A stretch of DNA of 64,000 nucleotides from Thermoanaerobaculia bacterium. GTDB taxonomy: Bacteria; Acidobacteriota; Thermoanaerobaculia; Multivoradales; DATKCC01. Positions 61,806 to 64,000 of the stretch are shown here, one piece after another. Position 1 is the first letter of the stretch. Each line of letters starts with the position of its first letter. The notes beneath the pieces were generated by a model. It saw nothing but the letters and a program-made list of their open reading frames with translations. It searched no databases and was not told the origin of the DNA. The DNA lies in contig JANRLG010000189.1 in NCBI GenBank assembly GCA_033762835.1, positions 12,185-76,184 on the forward strand, read 5' to 3'. Made by a program: the position numbers and the translations under genes.

Positions 61806-62486
61806 GTGAGCCGCGATGCCCCTGGGCCGCGAGTCGCGGTCGTCGTTCCCGCCTTCAACGAAGCCGACACCGTGGCCGAGGTGCTGGCGGCGCTGCAAGC
61901 CATGACCCTGTGGGACGAACTGGTGGTGGTCTCGGACGGCTCGACCGACGACACTGCCGCCATCGCCCGCGCCGCGGGGGTGACGACCGTCGAGCTCAGA
62001 GCGAACGGCGGCAAGGGGCACGCGCTCGCGGCCGGCGTCGCGGCCACGACGGCCCCCGTGTTGCTCTTTGTCGACGCCGACATTTTGCGACTTTCGGAAC
62101 CCATGCTCTTGAGCCTAGTGGCGCCGGTGCTCGCTGGCCGCGCCGCCATGAACGTCGGCATCCGCCATCGCGGCGAGTTCCTGAACGCCGTGCAGCGCCA
62201 CTTCGGGCCACTGCTCTCGGGCATCCGGGCCCTCCGCCGCGAGGTGTTCCTGGTCGTTCCGGCCGAGTACCGCCGGGGGTTCCGCATCGAAACTGCCCTC
62301 AATCACTACTGTCGCCGGCTCGGCGGCCGCGTCGAGGTGACCGTGTTGCACGATCTCGGGCACCGCGTGAAAGAAAAGAAGCGGGGCCTGGGGCCGGGCC
62401 TGCGTGCGCGCGTGAGCATGTTCGCCGGAGTGTTCGGCGCCTGGCTGCGGTTGGTGCTGACCCGGTCGCCGACCCGTCTACCGTAG
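61806..62486 (+). CDS. Glycosyltransferase family 2
   Basis: VPAFNE, DGSTDDT, NGGKG, FVDAD. Confidence 0.88.
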   Translation: MSRDAPGPRVAVVVPAFNEADTVAEVLAALQAMTLWDELVVVSDGSTDDTAAIARAAGVTTVELRANGGKGHALAAGVAATTAPVLLFVDADILRLSEPMLLSLVAPVLAGRAAMNVGIRHRGEFLNAVQRHFGPLLSGIRALRREVFLVVPAEYRRGFRIETALNHYCRRLGGRVEVTVLHDLGHRVKEKKRGLGPGLRARVSMFAGVFGAWLRLVLTRSPTRLP

Positions 62487-62497
62487 ACTTGCACCCT

Positions 62498-64000
62498 ATG
62501 AAGAGCCTCTGGAACGACACCGAGGCCGCGGGCTTCTCCGGCGACCTCGGCCAACGCGTTTACACCTCGCGGCTGCTCGGCCGCGACAAGTCCCTCGTGC
62601 TGCACGGGGGCGGCAACACCTCGGTCAAGACCCGGGAGACGACGCTCCTGGGCGACGAGGTCGAAGTCCTGTGGGTCAAGGGCAGCGGGTGGGATCTCGA
62701 GACGATCGAGCCCGCGGGCTTCACCCCCCTGCGCCGGGCGCCGCTGCTGCGGCTGGCGCGGCTGCCGAAGCTCTCGGATCCGGAGATGGTCAACGCCTTG
62801 ATGACGGAACGGACCGACGCCGCGGCCCCGGTACCCTCGGTCGAGGCGATTCTTCATGCCGTGTTGCCGGCGAAGTTCGTCGACCACACCCACGCCGACG
62901 CCGTGGTGACGATCACCAACACGCCGGACGGCAAGGCCCGCGCGCGGGCCCTCTGGGGCGATCGGCTGGTCGTGGTGCCCTATGTCATGCCCGGCTTCGA
63001 GCTGGCGCGGGTGGCGGCCGAGCTCTTCGAACGCGAAGCGGGGGAGCGGACGATCGGCCTCTTGCTGCTCTCCCACGGCATCTTCAGCTTCGGGGCCACC
63101 GCCCGGGAGTCCTACGAACGCATGATCGAGCTGGTGGGCCTTGGGGAGGCGTTTTTGCAGGCGGCGGGTGCCTGGCACTTGCCGGCACCGAGCGTCGACC
63201 CGGGGCCGCCATCTCCTCGCATCGAGACCGCCCGGCTGCGGCGGGACTTGGCCGCGGCGGCGGGATTTCCCCTCGTGCTGCGCACCGAGCGCGACGCCCG
63301 CACCCTTGCCTTCGCCCGCCGGCCGGACGTTGCCGAGCTGTGCCAGCAAGGGCCGGCGACGCCGGACCACGTCATCCGCACCAAACGGCGCCCGCTGCTC
63401 GGCCGCGACGTTGCAGCCTTCGCCGACGCCTACCGCTCCGAGTTCGCCCGTTGTGCCGCTCGGGCCGGCGAGCCGAAGACGATGCTCGACCCGGCGCCGC
63501 GGGTGGTGCTCGACCCGGAGCTCGGTCTCGTCACCGCCGGCCGCAGCGCCAAGGACGCCGCCATCGCCGCCGAGATCTACCGCCACACCTTGGACATCCA
63601 GGAACGGGCGGCGCTCCTGGGTGGCTTCCGGGCACTGCCGGAACAGGATCTGTTCGACGTCGAGTACTGGGACTTGGAGCAGGCCAAGCTCGCCCGCGCC
63701 GGCGCACCGCCGGTGCTGGCCGGGGAAATCGCGCTCGTCACCGGCGCGGCGTCCGGCATCGGCCGGGCGGTGGCGGAGGCGCTGCTCGCTCGTGGGGCCG
63801 CCGTCGTGGGTTTCGATCGCGACCCGCGGGTGGCCGACGTCAGCCGGAAGCTCGACTTTCTCGGCGTGGTCGGCGACGTGACCTCGCGGGACGATCTCGA
63901 GCGGGTGCTCGATACGACCGTGGCCACCTTCGGGGGCCTCGACATCCTGGTCCTGAACGCCGGGGCCTTCGCCCAGGGCAGTGCCATCGCCGGGCTGTCG
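62498..64000 (+). CDS. Bifunctional class II aldolase/short-chain dehydrogenase (RhaD-like), truncated by the window end
   Basis: LHGGGNTSVK, VKGSGWDL, PSVEAILH, DHTHAD, TPDHVIRTK, EYWDLEQAKL, TGAASGIG. Confidence 0.92.
   Translation, partial: MKSLWNDTEAAGFSGDLGQRVYTSRLLGRDKSLVLHGGGNTSVKTRETTLLGDEVEVLWVKGSGWDLETIEPAGFTPLRRAPLLRLARLPKLSDPEMVNALMTERTDAAAPVPSVEAILHAVLPAKFVDHTHADAVVTITNTPDGKARARALWGDRLVVVPYVMPGFELARVAAELFEREAGERTIGLLLLSHGIFSFGATARESYERMIELVGLGEAFLQAAGAWHLPAPSVDPGPPSPRIETARLRRDLAAAAGFPLVLRTERDARTLAFARRPDVAELCQQGPATPDHVIRTKRRPLLGRDVAAFADAYRSEFARCAARAGEPKTMLDPAPRVVLDPELGLVTAGRSAKDAAIAAEIYRHTLDIQERAALLGGFRALPEQDLFDVEYWDLEQAKLARAGAPPVLAGEIALVTGAASGIGRAVAEALLARGAAVVGFDRDPRVADVSRKLDFLGVVGDVTSRDDLERVLDTTVATFGGLDILVLNAGAFAQGSAIAGLS

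Overview
High-GC bacterial chromosome segment. Gene content (tandem GWxTD-like/VWA proteins, an atp locus without atpB/atpE, an ECF/anti-sigma/CHAT module) suggests Acidobacteriota, possibly Thermoanaerobaculia-like; this is inference only. Core genes: atpF'-F-H-A-G-D-C, tRNA-Gln(CTG), ggt, iscS-mnmA, selO, purS-Q-L-F, dprA-topA, trmFO-xerC-hslV-hslU, dapF. atpA contains an in-frame TAG and a GAF/HD-GYP gene contains an in-frame TGA. The most interesting region is a ~9 kb block between topA and trmFO. It holds an ECF sigma factor, a membrane anti-sigma, an exported TPR-like/CHAT (caspase-like) protease, and a lower-GC cassette of three small genes whose products share a GV[T/S/A]PP motif; two of them have signal peptides. 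This looks like a candidate peptide-triggered protease signalling system with a swappable specificity cassette. Other observations: an orphan ~43-Cys secreted protein, an ECF41-type mini-regulon with two matching promoters, a REP/BIME-like element in two copies (one apparently translated in-frame), several TA-like modules, and many -10 boxes placed just upstream of start codons. No CRISPR array, rRNA or transposase was seen.
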